Assembly (NCBI GenBank): GCA_963924565.1
Contig: OZ004612.1
Coordinates: 12,524,001 to 12,588,000 of the forward strand
Direction: 5' to 3'
DNA from: Ascidiella aspersa
Lineage: Eukaryota
DNA length: 64,000 nucleotides
Made by a program: the position numbers and the translations under genes. Positions 37,411 through 50,290 of the stretch are shown here, piece after piece; the stretch's first letter is position 1; the number at the start of each line of letters is the position of its first letter. The notes under the pieces were generated by a model that was not told the origin of the DNA, did not search any database, and saw nothing but the letters and a program-made list of their open reading frames with translations.

Positions 37411-39018
37411 TGCTATGCTATGTGGTTTGCAAGAGTAATATGTAGTTGGATTTAGGAAAATCGCAACTTTTTAATGTGCTTTACAGTTCCTCTGTAGACA
37501 ATTTATTCAACGCCGGTTAACGCTTACTCCTGTCTAGGTACACAATTTAAGAACGAGATTATATTAAACAAACTGGTGTGAGTTAGTTCTTCTTATTTCC
37601 TTAAAATAAGGTGCAGATCTGCTACTAGTTTTCGTCTGAATTTTTTCTTCGACAGTGTGCAAGTTGACCGGTTTTATCTCTCAAAAGCCCCATTAAAATT
37701 AGGGTAGCGTATAAGTAGGTTCAAAACTTGAATCCCGACAGTAACTGTGGTTAAAATGTCTCGGCAGTTGTATTTCAGCTCATTTTCAAGTATTTGTAAA
37801 AAGAAAATCTATAAAATAGCTTTTGGTTTCTATTACACTTTTGCCATCCTTGGTTAAAGCTTTTATCGGTGCGTTCGCGCGGGCGAATGACATTTCCGGC
37901 GTGTTATCTCACGATCATGATGCGGTGATATCCTTGCTATCTCTTCTTGCCCCCGCGTGTCATAGCGCGGGCGTCCAATTCGCTTTTGGTTAATAACGCG
38001 TTTTTGGTAACTGCGGCTCGGGTTGTTGCTGTTTGTATCGAAGAAAACTTGCCAGCTTTAAAGGAAGGACGAAATCAGGCTTTGTTGGCTGTGAACCGGT
38101 TTTCCGGTATGCTAAGGTGCTTCGTAAAGGTTTTAACACAGGGTAAAGTGTAAGCGGTCGGTATTTTCATTTTGTTTCCAGTTCAAGTGTTAGAGTATTG
38201 TTTAGAACAGTTGGAACGCTGTACGATTTGCTGTAATAGCGCCAGAGCAAAAGTAGAGTTGAAATTTTGTAGATGTCAAGTTTGACGGTGGAACTGCTAT
38301 ATTTCCCTGTCTATATATTTCGCCTTGTGTTTAAGCTGTCTTTAGGTTTGTATTTAGTTGTGGGTTTGCTTAGTTGAAAAAATTACGATTAATCGGAACT
38401 CTTTGGATCTTGGTAAAATTGTTATCACGCGTACTCAAATTTTGTTGTTCTGGAACATTATGCAGTGGTGTTAAACTGGGCGCTGCGGCGCTAAAAACAA
38501 CCTCATCAGCAATTCTGGCAATACGGCAAAATGGAAGCTGAAATATTTTGAATGGAAGGTCAAAAAATATATTATTTAACATTTCTTTACAAAAAATAGC
38601 ATTTTATAGACAAGGGTCATTTTGCCTATATATTGTCCTATTCTTATTATGGGAAACTTTTTAAAGACTATCTTCTTCGTTTTGGATATTCAAAAGTTCT
38701 GTAGATAAGGTGACACTGTTAAAAAGCGAACTACATTATTTCGAAACATTTGCACAACCGTGCATAAACTGATGAAGTGCGTCAAGTGCGTCATGCCGAG
38801 ACGTAATCGACATTTTAATAAATGATCCCCGATCACACCCTTATGCAAAGCTTTATTAACCCCTTGTACTTTCCCGCTGATATGTCAAGTTCCCAGGCCG
38901 ATCGGGTTTTTTGAATGAACGCAGTGTCGACGCACGACACGGAATTATTTTCACGACAGCGCAGTCTGGCCAAAGTATAGCGTCATGCAAGAAACAACGG
39001 ATTGCCAAAACTCTACGT

Positions 39019-39086
39019 CAGGGGTGTCCAACTCAAACAGGCCGACGTGCCAATTTTTGGTAGGTGACGCTATTTGGACACCCCTG
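39019..39086. mobile_element. 68-bp minimal hAT MITE with perfect TSD CTCTACGT
   Basis: CAGGGGTGTCCAA / TTGGACACCCCTG perfect 13-bp TIR, identical 8-bp flanks. Confidence 0.92.
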
Positions 39087-41819
39087 CTCTACGTTGTCGT
39101 CGACACGAGTGCAGTCGCGTTAGTTTATTCAGCGTTCCATCCCGAATTACACTCCAGTCGCGTAATTGGGTCGCCCAGGCGCGCCTTTCGCCCTTCGTCG
39201 ACGTAAAACACCTTTCGCGGCAAGGCACCGCTCCTCCAGTGACGTCACGACACGTTTGGACAATTGCTTCCGCCCGACCTATCCAGGGCCAGGGTAAAGA
39301 CTGGAAAACCGGGCCGACTACCGTTGAGGCTGTCAGCTTGTGAAAGTGAGTCGCGCATTCGGAGTATATTGGGTGGATCTGAGAACTTCAGTTCAGCGAA
39401 AAGAGATTTGAAGTTACGCGAAAATGTTTCTTGAATCGATCGTGAGTTTCTGTGTTTGAGGTTCTTAGAGTTTATGATATAAGATCTTAGATACGTCAAG
39501 ATAACTTTTTTATTAATTTGGAAATCAATTGGGTTTGTTACAGTATACCTCAAAAGGCTCACGCCATATGGGAAATAAGACTGGTAGTAATTCCACAGGA
39601 CTAAAAAAACACCACATTTTTTTGAGTTTATGTATACCGTGACTGATTTGGTTGTGTTGTTTCTATCGCCTCATAGAGCTGGTATGCAGGATTTTTTTCA
39701 GTTGATCTCCTGCAATACTCAAGGCGTGCAACTGCCAGGCGTGATAAACGTTCCGTCAGAAAATTAACGGTTCATCTCTAGCGACGAACGCCTACAGGCC
39801 TCTGGAGATTCGGCTGCATTAAAACGCCTTACCGGCCCCTAAAAAAGGCTAGAACCTGTAATATCTCAATCGATCGCGGGTGATAATGATTACACAGGCG
39901 GCCGGATATAGTGCAAAGGCAGCTTTCGCCCATCAATCATTTAGCAACGTGTCTGTGGTGTGATCAAGATCTGAACTTATTTGGCCCCAACGGTGCCGAA
40001 TAACGGAGGTTAAATGGTAACGTTGAAGCAACAGCCGAGTTCATTGCTTACGTCTTTGCAAATAAGTACTACCTCTATGTGTAAGTGTGTGTTCATGGGT
40101 ATTAAAATGTTGGAAATATTGAACAACGGCCCCCGTGAGCGGCTGATAAGCAATTTCCTTCTCCGGCCGATCGATTTCCCGTGTAAATTTGACGGTGCCC
40201 GTCTCCCAGTTCATTCGTCTCTTTCTTGGCATGTCGCGCGGTTCGCATCTGCGTCAGCAGTTTTCCGCTTTTTCGTCAGAGATCGGTTTTCTTTGTTTAG
40301 TGCGTTTAACTACTTGTTCTCAGGGGCAGATAATTTGGCATCTTGTTCTTTCTTGCCTGCGCTTGTTTTTTCTTGCCAGGTAAAGGGTAAGCAGTTCCAC
40401 TTACGTTATGCACATCGCGCAATTAAATTCGACAATGGTAGTTTTTAAAAATAGCGTTATAAGTATTTTTATTGCCAAGGTACCACTCTGTTAAGCTCAC
40501 TTGGGCTGCGATTCCGTTAGTGTGTTGTTTTGATCAAGGTATTTTTGGACCTAAAGTTTAAACTAAAGTTGTAAATCGCTGTTTGCTGGTGCGTTAAATT
40601 TCTACAAAAACGAAATTATTTGTTTGTGTACATTTCTAAAAGGTATTTAAACAACTTAAACGGCTGTGCCAGCAAATCCTGGTTAAAGTCTGTCATTACA
40701 AACCGCTTGTCTCCCAAAATCGCCACTAAAAATTAAAAACAGTTGAAAACATACGCGAAGAGCAGGAAAGTTGCATTGTAGCTTTATTTATATAGTTTCA
40801 GACTTGTCAGTGGATTAATCTGCTACGAACTTAAGCAAGTATAAAACTGGAGCTAGCTTCTGGCGAAGTGATCAGAAAGGAAAGTATGCGACCTTTTATT
40901 GTCTTGTAAAGTATATTTAGGTGATTGGTATATACCAATCACTCAGAGTACAGTCCTCAATCATATATTTAATGTTGTTTATCAGCGTTTCTCAACTGAC
41001 AGAGATACTCGTGTGATGCCGTAAAATTGTATTTTTATGTATATCGGAAGGTGAAATGTACCTTGAAACATTACAGGAGAATTGCTCACGAAACCTGTAT
41101 TTTCTTGGTTTCTAATTCGCTTTCTAATCGAGTAATATTACTAGAAACTAAATACGGGTTTACGAGTAAAACCCGAAATGTATGTGTCAAGTTTGAAATG
41201 AGTTTATTAATGCACGATTTGCATGTATTTTTATAATTGTTTTGCTCGGTAGCTTAAGATTTTATGCAATGACCTGCGGCCCTAACTTTTAATATATGCT
41301 ACGATCGTTGCGGTATATGTCGGAGGTTCTTGAAATTTATTTAACACGGACCCCTTAAAATATTTGTGTTTTTTGTGGACCTGGTTCGGCATTGAATTTT
41401 TAGAGTATATTGACGTCATTAACATGTATACTTATTAACATGTTATACTTATCTGTTGATTTAAGTTACAAATATGGGCTTATATAAATTTGTTTACAAG
41501 TTTTAAACAAAGATTTCCATATGTCCTTCATCCGCTTGTGAATCAGAAAGTTTGAGTTTATCGCATTTTTAACTAAATAATGCCAAACATGACGTTTATT
41601 TGGATTTATGTTATTGGTAATTAAAGCTCATCTTGTTTTTTATTATCATAATCCGCAAGATGGCGTGCGATATACATTTTAGTTTGTAATGATGTGGTCG
41701 ACGTGTTAGGAGACGAAACGATAAATAACGTTCTAAGTCGCCGCAAGGAAAATTTGACGAAAAATAAAGAAAAATACATTTTATTTAGAAAATCGTTGAC
41801 ATTCACGTATACCCCTGTT

Positions 41820-41982
41820 CAGTGTTTTTTTAAGGTGTTTTGGGGGACCGAAACGGTCCCCCAAATTTCTCCAGCGGTTTCCCAAATTTTGGACTTGCGA
41901 CTTTTTGGTATTTAAATGAAACACTTGTGGTCTCTTAAAACTAAATAGCGGTCACCCAAACCAAACCTTAAAAAAAACCCTG
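41820..41982. mobile_element. hAT-type MITE with perfect TSD CCCCTGTT, nested in an older MITE
   Basis: CAGTGTTTTTTAAGG / CCTTAAAAAAAACCCTG; GGTCCCCCAAA motifs; TSD at 41812-41819 and 41983-41990. Confidence 0.88.
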
Positions 41983-42004
41983 CCCCTGTTAAAAAAACCT
42001 AAAC

Positions 42005-42386
42005 CAGTGATTTTCAACCTTTTATAGACACGTACGACTTAGTGTTTTTATTGTTCCGGCGTATCACCTGGTTTTAGAACAAATAATCTTGATTTACTTA
42101 CGTTTATTCAGGACAAAAAATAAATTAAAAAAAACTCTACCAGCGCTGGTCGAACATTTTAATTACATGTCACTTTAAGATTATCAAGAGAAAGTTTTAC
42201 GTTATTTTACGAAACTCTATATAAGACTTACTAGTTTTGGGCGTACTTTTAGTGGTAAAAGGGTCTATCTTCATAAATCCAAAACCTTTTGCACCAGGTT
42301 TCTGCTTGTCGATCACTGTTCGGCTGACTAGTGATAAATGTACCTGGATTTGTAGGATACTTGCACCACTAGATTCATAACCACTC
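42005..42386. mobile_element. Decayed hAT-type MITE
   Basis: CAGTGATTTTCAACCTTTT left end; GTAC motifs; weak right end ATAACCACTC. Confidence 0.5.
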
Positions 42387-45300
42387 GTTCTGATCTAACC
42401 GAACATGTAGCCACCCGATTGCGTCACGAGCTGTCGGGCACAACACACGCGCCAACACCGTTCGTGCGTGAATCATTTTTTTCACTGCGAAACCCACTTC
42501 GAACGTAGGCGACCAGCGTGACTCGATCAGGTGTACGCTTGTCTGCACTATAGGGTCGTATCAGAACGTTGCCTGTTTGTGTTATTTTTCCGGGTGGCAC
42601 CGACTCGGTCTTGGCCAGGTTTTTGGAAGGTTGTGCGGCTTGTTTTCGACCACTTAGTTTGGAGAGGTGTCGATCAGATGCTGCCATTTGTTTGTAGTGT
42701 TTTGCCAGGATTTTTTTAGTACAGGGATTTCCCAAGCTTCGTATCCACTTTAGCTTAGATAAGATTTGTCAGCTTTCTAAATTGGGAACAAAGCACGGCC
42801 AACCTGACTCAATCACATGCCTAAAGATAGAGCGCAAAATACAGTGTGCCACAAGTCAAATAATTTCAAGTAAACCAGTTTGGCAAACGTGCTGAAAACT
42901 GCAGAGCAATTTGAATTACAAGATAGAGAAATTTGTCACTGCGAATTTTGTTGGCCCGACAAGAGTTCACTACACAGATAGCGATTTATGCACGTTTGGC
43001 ATAGCAAGTTTATATTGTTTAGTTTAGTATAATTGTAAAATAGGTCTTTAAATATCGAACTCCATCTTTACAATGTCGGCATTAATATTATATCTTAGTT
43101 TTGCCCTATAGCGGAAACCGTAAGTTTATCGTATTTTTTTAACCACCTGAGAAGAACAAGCAATGGTATAGTTTTACCTGTTTAATGAGGAGCTACATAT
43201 TGCCGGGAAATCCTTGTTATAAGAATTCACATGGGCGTTAGCAATTGTGCGATTCGTGGTAGAGAGAGTGCGATTGAACACCTCAGTAATTTTGATCGGA
43301 TTAGGCTGATTTTTGACCAAAGCCGCATAGCTGTTTAATCTCAAGGTAAAAAGGTGACTTCGCCTTTCGCTGTGTTGAAATTTGACCAAGGTGTAAGTAA
43401 ATTGGGCTAAACCCAGTCGACGACCTGTTTTACGATCTGCGTTTATTGCTAGAAGTCGATCCCTCGCCAAGATGTGGCTGGGACGGCGAATTTGCAATTT
43501 CCATTCAGAGAATTCCCCGAAACATTTCAAAGTTAACCCTGCACAGCCGCTATTGTCGGCAGTAGCAAACGTTCGTATAGCCCCTGGCGTTGGACGTGGC
43601 CAGGACAAAAGCGAAAGCATGCTGGCTGTCTCATAGGCTCACCGTGGCGGCATTCCGAAGTGGCCGATTAAGCTCTGTATTGTCTCTAATACTTTTCAGT
43701 AGACATATAACGAAGGCACAAGTTGTTGAACAGTAGACAGGCGTTCGCGATGGGTGGTCAGCAAGTGTTCCTTTTAGTTTTGACTGTTTGTTTTAAGGTT
43801 AGTTTGGACTGCCTATATCTGTACTTTGTAAAAGAAGAACGCAAGTGCATTAGAACTGGTCTGGTGGTTCAGGGTTCCATAGTGAGATATATTAGCCCAT
43901 AGTTTTGTTTTTAATTTATGTAGTAGTAATGATTAACGATAAAATCCATTTTGCCTGGCTAAAAAAGTGGCTGTTTACCTTGTTGCTGGTCAACGGAGCA
44001 AGTATCAGTTTGGGACCATTTAGTTTTTTTAGCTTTTATAATATGCCTTTTGAATTTTGTTGCTGGTGGTTGACAAAGTCCTTTGAATCGGTAACCAGTA
44101 ATAGAGATATATTTATTAACATCAAACGCACAGATAAAGTAATATGAGTTAAGGTCACAGATTAAATCACTGCAACTTGTAGAGGTGATGTGTATTTACG
44201 CGTATAGCGAGTCACATTGGTGTTATGTTAGCATATTACGGCCGTTATACTACAGCTTTTCTTTTAGACGCCGAGAAGCTAAACAGGCTTCTAAACCGAT
44301 CGTTAGTTTAATATCAGCGAGTTGTCGCAGACAAATATTTACCGTCTTGACAATGCCTAAACGTCGCGATATATTACACTATGAAACTGAGCTGTGGTGA
44401 AACCAGTCATGAAAATGTATATAAATATGTAGGTTGTCAATTTCTTTAGAATGGTGTATGGTCTTTTCGTTGCCTTGTTGTGTAACCTGCACTTATATTT
44501 TACATTGTTGAAATGCTTTGTATAACGTAGGTTTAGTGTTAGTTATGGTCGAAATCGACATGTTTGAGCGAAAAGTAAAGCCCTTGCGAGAGTTGTTGCA
44601 TTGCGTCTTACCTTTTTAAGAAGTAGTTTTGTTATTTCTGGCGTTTCTCGATTCGGATCATTCGCAAAGAATTGGGAGTGATTTACAATTGCGAGACGAA
44701 GCCGCTATCCATAAAGGAAAACTTTAAAATGCTCGTAACCTAATTCTAATGGTAAATTGTAGCACTTTGGAGCATAGTGTTGGAAGGTCTTAGTTATAAG
44801 TAGTAAGAAAATTAAAGCCTATAGTCTTTATTTATTTTAAACATGGTGTGAAGGCGCGGATCCTATGTATGTTTACCGTTGAGGTAGACTGCGTAAAAGA
44901 ACAAACCAAAAAGAAATTTACACCATGTTAAAAACAAATACAGATTTATTCATTAAAACAAACTTACAAAAAAACTTTACCTACTTGCACGAACGCTGAC
45001 CTTGGAGGTGACTTAACTTTTGCCGACATACCGAACGATTCAAGCCGGTCAAGCCATTTCACATATTAATTCGAGCTGAACCAGTTTTAAAAACTCGTTT
45101 CAGCCCCTCAAGAAACAGCTAACCCCATTAAAACTTACCCCAACATTTATAACGTTTCAGAAGTGTATCTGAATCATACAGTTAACCTTTAATGTTTGGC
45201 CTATTTTATTTTTTTTTCAACCTTGCATACTGGGGGATCGAGCGTGGAAAAATTAATATCGGATGGGATAAAGGTAAAGTGTGCATATCTGACATGAGTA

Positions 45301-45629
45301 AAAGTGATATTTAGACCCGCCTGAATCTAACATCTATTGCTCAACTTCACCTGCGACATACATGTCAATTGCCAATGTTATGCTTGTCCAATTATTCAAA
45401 AGTTTCACCATAGGTATCCATTCGAGTATATATCTCACCTCTTTAGCATTCTATGGGTGCATTGAAAGTACACAGCACCGACCATATTTTAGAAGCGAAC
45501 AATAATTAATTGAGTTGAATACAAATATAATTCCAAAGCAGTGTTTATTTCGGATTTGCCCCTAGCATACGCAACTATATGTAGCTGAGGAGTGAGTGTT
45601 TCCTGGAACCAACACATTTAGACAGGAAC

Positions 45630-45732
45630 TGCTTTAGAAATAGAAAACATTACCGTTTAATATACCCTGAATTGCAATGTAAGGCAAATATAGAAGCCGA
45701 CATTTCACGCAAGTCTGGACCTGCATTTGGAA
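45630..45732 (+). pseudogene. Possible heavily decayed RTE-clade LINE reverse-transcriptase remnant
   Basis: Fragments LEIENI... and KANIEADISRKSGPAFG resemble the RTE ORF2 segment just after the FxYLGS motif; frameshifted; recognised by eye only. Confidence 0.28.
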
Positions 45733-47374
45733 TTTATTTACAACACGAGCCAACTGCCACCGCTTACTGCTTTCAAATGATTAATTTGAATTTTAAAATA
45801 TTTGGCCTTTTGTCATAATTGTGTATGTTTTGCAAATAGCATGTATTCAGGAAATTGTCAGCAAATAACAGATCTAGAATATTGAAAGTGTTATTTATAA
45901 AAACGATTGACGTATTGCCCAAACCTAATATGCATTTTTAGGTGGAAAATTAGGTTGTTATTTATCAAAGTACTTTTGATAAAACTTTCTTCGCAGCTTT
46001 GGCGCTAACTACGATATTACAAGTATTTTGGGTCCAGTCAGGTCTCTGCATATCAACTAAATAACTCTTTTAGGTGTAGTATTTTAAAGTATAAAGTCGT
46101 AAAATACCGCTTTTATTTATATAAAATCCCAAATAGCACACGATTCCTTACCCATGCAGTCTTCGTGCAACATGATTCGCTTTTTAGCGCTATTGGCGCA
46201 CGCATTTTATGTAAGGTGAAATATAAAAAAAATCGCACTAAATCTGGATAAAAAGATAGGTAACTACATTTGGAAGGAGCAACCTTGTGAACCGTTAGGC
46301 CCCAAAGTCTCGAAAAACAGTACGTGACGCGCCAGCGTTATTTTGAGCTTTTTCGTTTTAATTTGGTCATTTCGAATTCCGGTGAAACCGCATGAACCCT
46401 TAAAAATGGAAGTTTGTTAAGGAACGCCTCGCGCATACGCGACTCGTAGGCTGCTGTTGTGCATATAATTGCGTATAGGTCACCCGAGTCACATTGTGAC
46501 CCTATTACGAATAAAAGCCATGTTTAAAGGGTAAAATTGCCGCTTCTGTTATGTCGCTGTAAACGCGAACACTCGAACAGACTAATTTGGCCCACGCGCA
46601 GACGATTACAGGATTCTTAAATGCGGATTGCTTTTTGGAGCGTTTGAAATAAAAGTTGCGTCGTAACATTATGTTTTGCGTTTTTTGACTTAGCTTTTTT
46701 CGATTTTAGACCGGTCGGTGTTTCAAGCCGAAGGGGAATGTTCAGTTAAACAAAAGAGTATCGAATTGCCGTACGACGAATCACCGAAAGATCGATATGA
46801 TGCATTCGTTTGATGTAGACGAGAACAATGTAGCGTCGTTAAGCCACTTGCAAGTATATACTGCGCAATTAGCTTTTTTTGTGAAACTGGTAATGACGTG
46901 AGTTGTAAAGTTGGCCAGCAGCAAATGGTTTGTTGAATTTGATTTTCTAGTGTTGGATTCCAATTCTTTACTTAACGCAAATCAGCAATGTTTATTGTTT
47001 TAACTTTGGTTTACTAAAACTTTAATTTGAGCAAATATTGTTTACTTCCGTGTACAGCAAAACCAAGAACACTTATCCGTTTTGGAGCGTTGAAAACGTA
47101 CAGCTTTTAGGTAATCCATAATGTCCGGTTAAGCGAGTCCCTGTTGCCAAACAACAAAGGGTCGCGCACCTTTGCGTCTGGAGTGTGCCAAATGTGGAAG
47201 CCCGTGGCTATTTCCTGTCCTCGACCTTCTATTTCGGGCGCGACGGATATATTCGCAATGCAAATGCGGCTCGGAAATGTGCGCGCTTTTAATTCCGGCC
47301 AGCGCGCGCGCAAGAACGCCGGCCGCGCACGTTAAGTGTTTATATTTGGCGCCCGTGACCGCATGAGTGCGGCA

Positions 47375-47822
47375 TTTATAGTCGTTCAGTGCGCTCGCGC
47401 CGGTCTCCACAATGTAGAGGTCAATCGCCAGTGAGTGGTCCGTTTCAGTAATTTATAGTCGTTGAGTATGATCGCCATTGGCTAGTTCAGTGGTTCCCAA
47501 ACTTTTTGGCTCGCGGCACACTAAAAAAATCTAAAAAAAAAAAATTCCAAGAAAAAAAAAAAAAAAAAATCTTAACTATTTCGCGGCGAACTTTTAACAG
47601 AACAACAGTAGAGAAATTTTACAATCGCCCTAAAACACGTCTAAAATGCTTGCATGTATGCCTATTGGTAATACATATAGTCTATTTTCCGAAATTACAA
47701 AAAGGCACACTTGACAATCCCTCGAGGCACACTAGTGTGCCGTGGCACACAGTTTGGGAATCGCTGGGCTAGTTCGCTTTAGTCTTCTATAGTCGTTGAG
47801 TATGCTCGCCAGTGGCTGGTTC
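47375..47822 (+). repeat. Three diverged copies of a ~35-bp unit (TATAGTCGTTGAGTATG[A/C]TCGCCA.TGGCT.GTTC), interrupted by a MITE
   Basis: Copies start at 47375 (diverged), 47452 and 47788. Confidence 0.8.
47488..47766. mobile_element. hAT-type MITE with perfect TSD GGCTAGTT
   Basis: CAGTGGTTCCCAAACT / AGTTTGGGAATCGCTG, GGCACAC subterminal repeats. Confidence 0.92.
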
Positions 47823-48318
47823 AGGACACCTGACCGTGTTGATCGTCGACGCTTATCGAAGCAAAGTTACGGCCAAGTCAGGCCGATAACTTGTTGCGAT
47901 CACGATCAAAACGTGCTTCGGTGTACTGTGGCGGTGAGGTCAGCTTGTGTGAAAGGGAGAATTGGAACCTGATGTGTGTACCCGTGTAGTTTGGGCCGCG
48001 CGTGGGCATTGGTGAAAATTGAAATGCGTAGTGCTGCGCGCAAAAGTGCCACGAAAGAACCTGTTACAAAGCTGTATTTGTGCTCAACTGCTCGCGTGAG
48101 GTAAGTCAGTTGCACACGTCACACGTGTTTGTGGGAGATAATTGCCCGGTTTACATTTCTGCCACTTATACACGCTTCGAAAGCAGGTGTAAATAAGATC
48201 CTATACTCGCCGCTAAGTGATATGTTAATGTTCACCAGCAAGACCAATTTCTCTCCAATGTTGTTTAATAATATTGCAGCGATTTTAATGTAAACTTAAC
48301 TAATGTTCCCTTTTTCAG

Positions 48319-48453
48319 GTTTAGCCTGTGTATAGGCTAAAAATTATATAAAGAAACTGAGCTTTAGTTGCTGAATCCTTTGTCAGTCTATACTGCTACT
48401 CGGGCCAAGACTTTGTTACCTAGCCAATCTGCACAAGGCATCTCGTCGAATTG
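48319..48453 (+). other. Candidate non-coding (5'UTR or lncRNA) exon
   Basis: Branch-like cttaactaat plus ccctttttcag acceptor; TTG|GTAAGT donor; upstream donor GAG|GTAAGT at 48101; stops in all frames and no ATG. Confidence 0.55.
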
Positions 48454-49805
48454 GTAAGTACTTTTTATTGCTTTAAAATATACAAACATTTACTTTTTAC
48501 AGAAATGCGCGAAAAAAGGTATAAACCTTTATTATGACATTTTCAATTCATATTTTTAAATATTTGTAAATTACTATCGGGGTTAACAAATGACCGCACC
48601 TAATACTGTCCGCCATAACAAGAGACCCACAAACATTTAAACTTTACCTTGTAAAACTTCAACTATAGGATTACCCGAAAAAAAGGTGGACAAAGATCTT
48701 TTGTGGCTTAGGCTTTTTACTGGTATCATTACATTACAACTCAATAATACTACCACCAAAGTGTTGACGTACATTGTTTTCAGGGCAAACATCTAAAAAT
48801 GGCCAACATTTTTACGAAATTTACACTAACATCCGTTTTGACCAACGAGTTATATGTATTTTTTTTCAACGAGTTGTATGCACGCTACAATATGTACAAT
48901 ACATTCTAACGGTCGGCGCACCTAGTGGCGTTTTTTTGTAAATCTTAATAACCGCAAGGTGTCGCTTGTGTGCCATCCCACACAATATATATGTTTTGTC
49001 AGGTCAACCGCCAATCACTAATCACTGCGAAATGTATTAAGCATCGTTTTTTTGTTATTAATGACGGTAACCAAAATTATCTAGCAATCAAAAAAATGTC
49101 ATTTTCTAGCTATCAAATAAACTGAAATTTGATTGCGGAATTTTACGTAGAGCCCAACCGCCAAATTTACATTTTGAATGCAAATTAGAATGGTTCCTTC
49201 CTAGTCTATTATTTGGCCGGTGCAGTATGTGGTTGCAGTGGTTTTGTTGTGACTCTTCGCACGCCACACATTTCAACATCTTAAAATATTCGTGCAAAGC
49301 CGGGAATAGAAAATTCGCGATTGGCCGTTGTCGCTTTGTGTTATGCGAATGTCGGCAATTTTGATTGGCATATAATAAACATAATGCGAGAGAGAGAGAG
49401 GGATAGATCAACGTTTAATGGCTCGCGTGTATGTAGGCCTCTGTAAACAATTGCAACCAATACTGCTGGATTGGGATATTTATGTATTTACATCATATGT
49501 CATCGTTGTATGTAACCGTGTTTACATAATTTTGTATTTAAATTAGTGCGTTGCTGTTTTTAAGAAATGTTAAAGTTCGCTTAAGTGAGATTTGCAGGCT
49601 GAACTAGTCAGATACAGTGTAAGTTGTTACTACACATTTTATAATGATTAAGGGCGATTTAAAGGTATAATGATTACCTGCCGACGTTTAAATCATGGTC
49701 GTAAAATCAACCCCAAGATGTATAGTCTCTTAGTTTGTTGGTTATGACAGCTAGTTTGCTGTCGGTTTGCTGGTAGCAGAAAGTTTGACAGTTTAAACCG
49801 TTAAC

Positions 49806-50088
49806 CAGTGGTTCTCAAACTTTTACACATAATATATTGATTTTACTTTTACGAATTATTATATGACCTCATAAAATTAAAAAAACGAAATTTAAAAATT
49901 AACAAATCCCTCTAAGATTCAAACCAGTAATTCTGCAAGCTACTTACCCTATCTATACAAACTTCCAACAAGTAGGTTAATTATAATAAAAGTAAGAAGA
50001 CTCTTCCCTGGCTCTTATAAAATCGCTTAATGAATTTAAAAGATGATTTGCAGACTCTTTCTTGTCGCCCACAGTTTAAGAACCCTCG
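49806..50088. mobile_element. Decayed hAT-type MITE
   Basis: CAGTGGTTCTCAAACT / AGTTTAAGAACCCTCG. Confidence 0.62.
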
Positions 50089-50139
50089 GTGAAAACAGAA
50101 AAGCGTACAGTTTGCCTGATTTGAATAAACTTTTGAATG

Positions 50140-50290
50140 ACCAACCTGCAAGGGTTTCTTCACACCGAGTACGGTAAAATGGACACGTCTAAACTTCACC
50201 GGTATGGCCAGAGGTCGGGAATTCGAACCTTACAGCTGGCTAGTTGTTTTTAGCCTGACTTAAATTGATCGACCTATTCGGTTAGTCTGT
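50140..50290 (-). mobile_element. Possible tRNA-derived SINE head remnant
   Basis: Minus strand reads TAACCGAATAGG (A-box-like), ~45 nt, then GGTTCGAATTCCC (B-box); no cloverleaf. Confidence 0.33.

Noticed and set aside
44840-44929. 10-bp inverted repeat AACATGGTGT/ACACCATGTT
   Set aside because: Unpaired interior and no clear TSD; chance or an unassignable relic.
47375-47822. Repeat-spacer-like pattern suggesting a CRISPR array
   Set aside because: Eukaryotic context, only three diverged units, irregular spacing explained by a MITE, no cas genes.
50200-50290. tRNA gene
   Set aside because: Only B-box and A-box-like motifs; no cloverleaf. Kept only as a possible SINE remnant.
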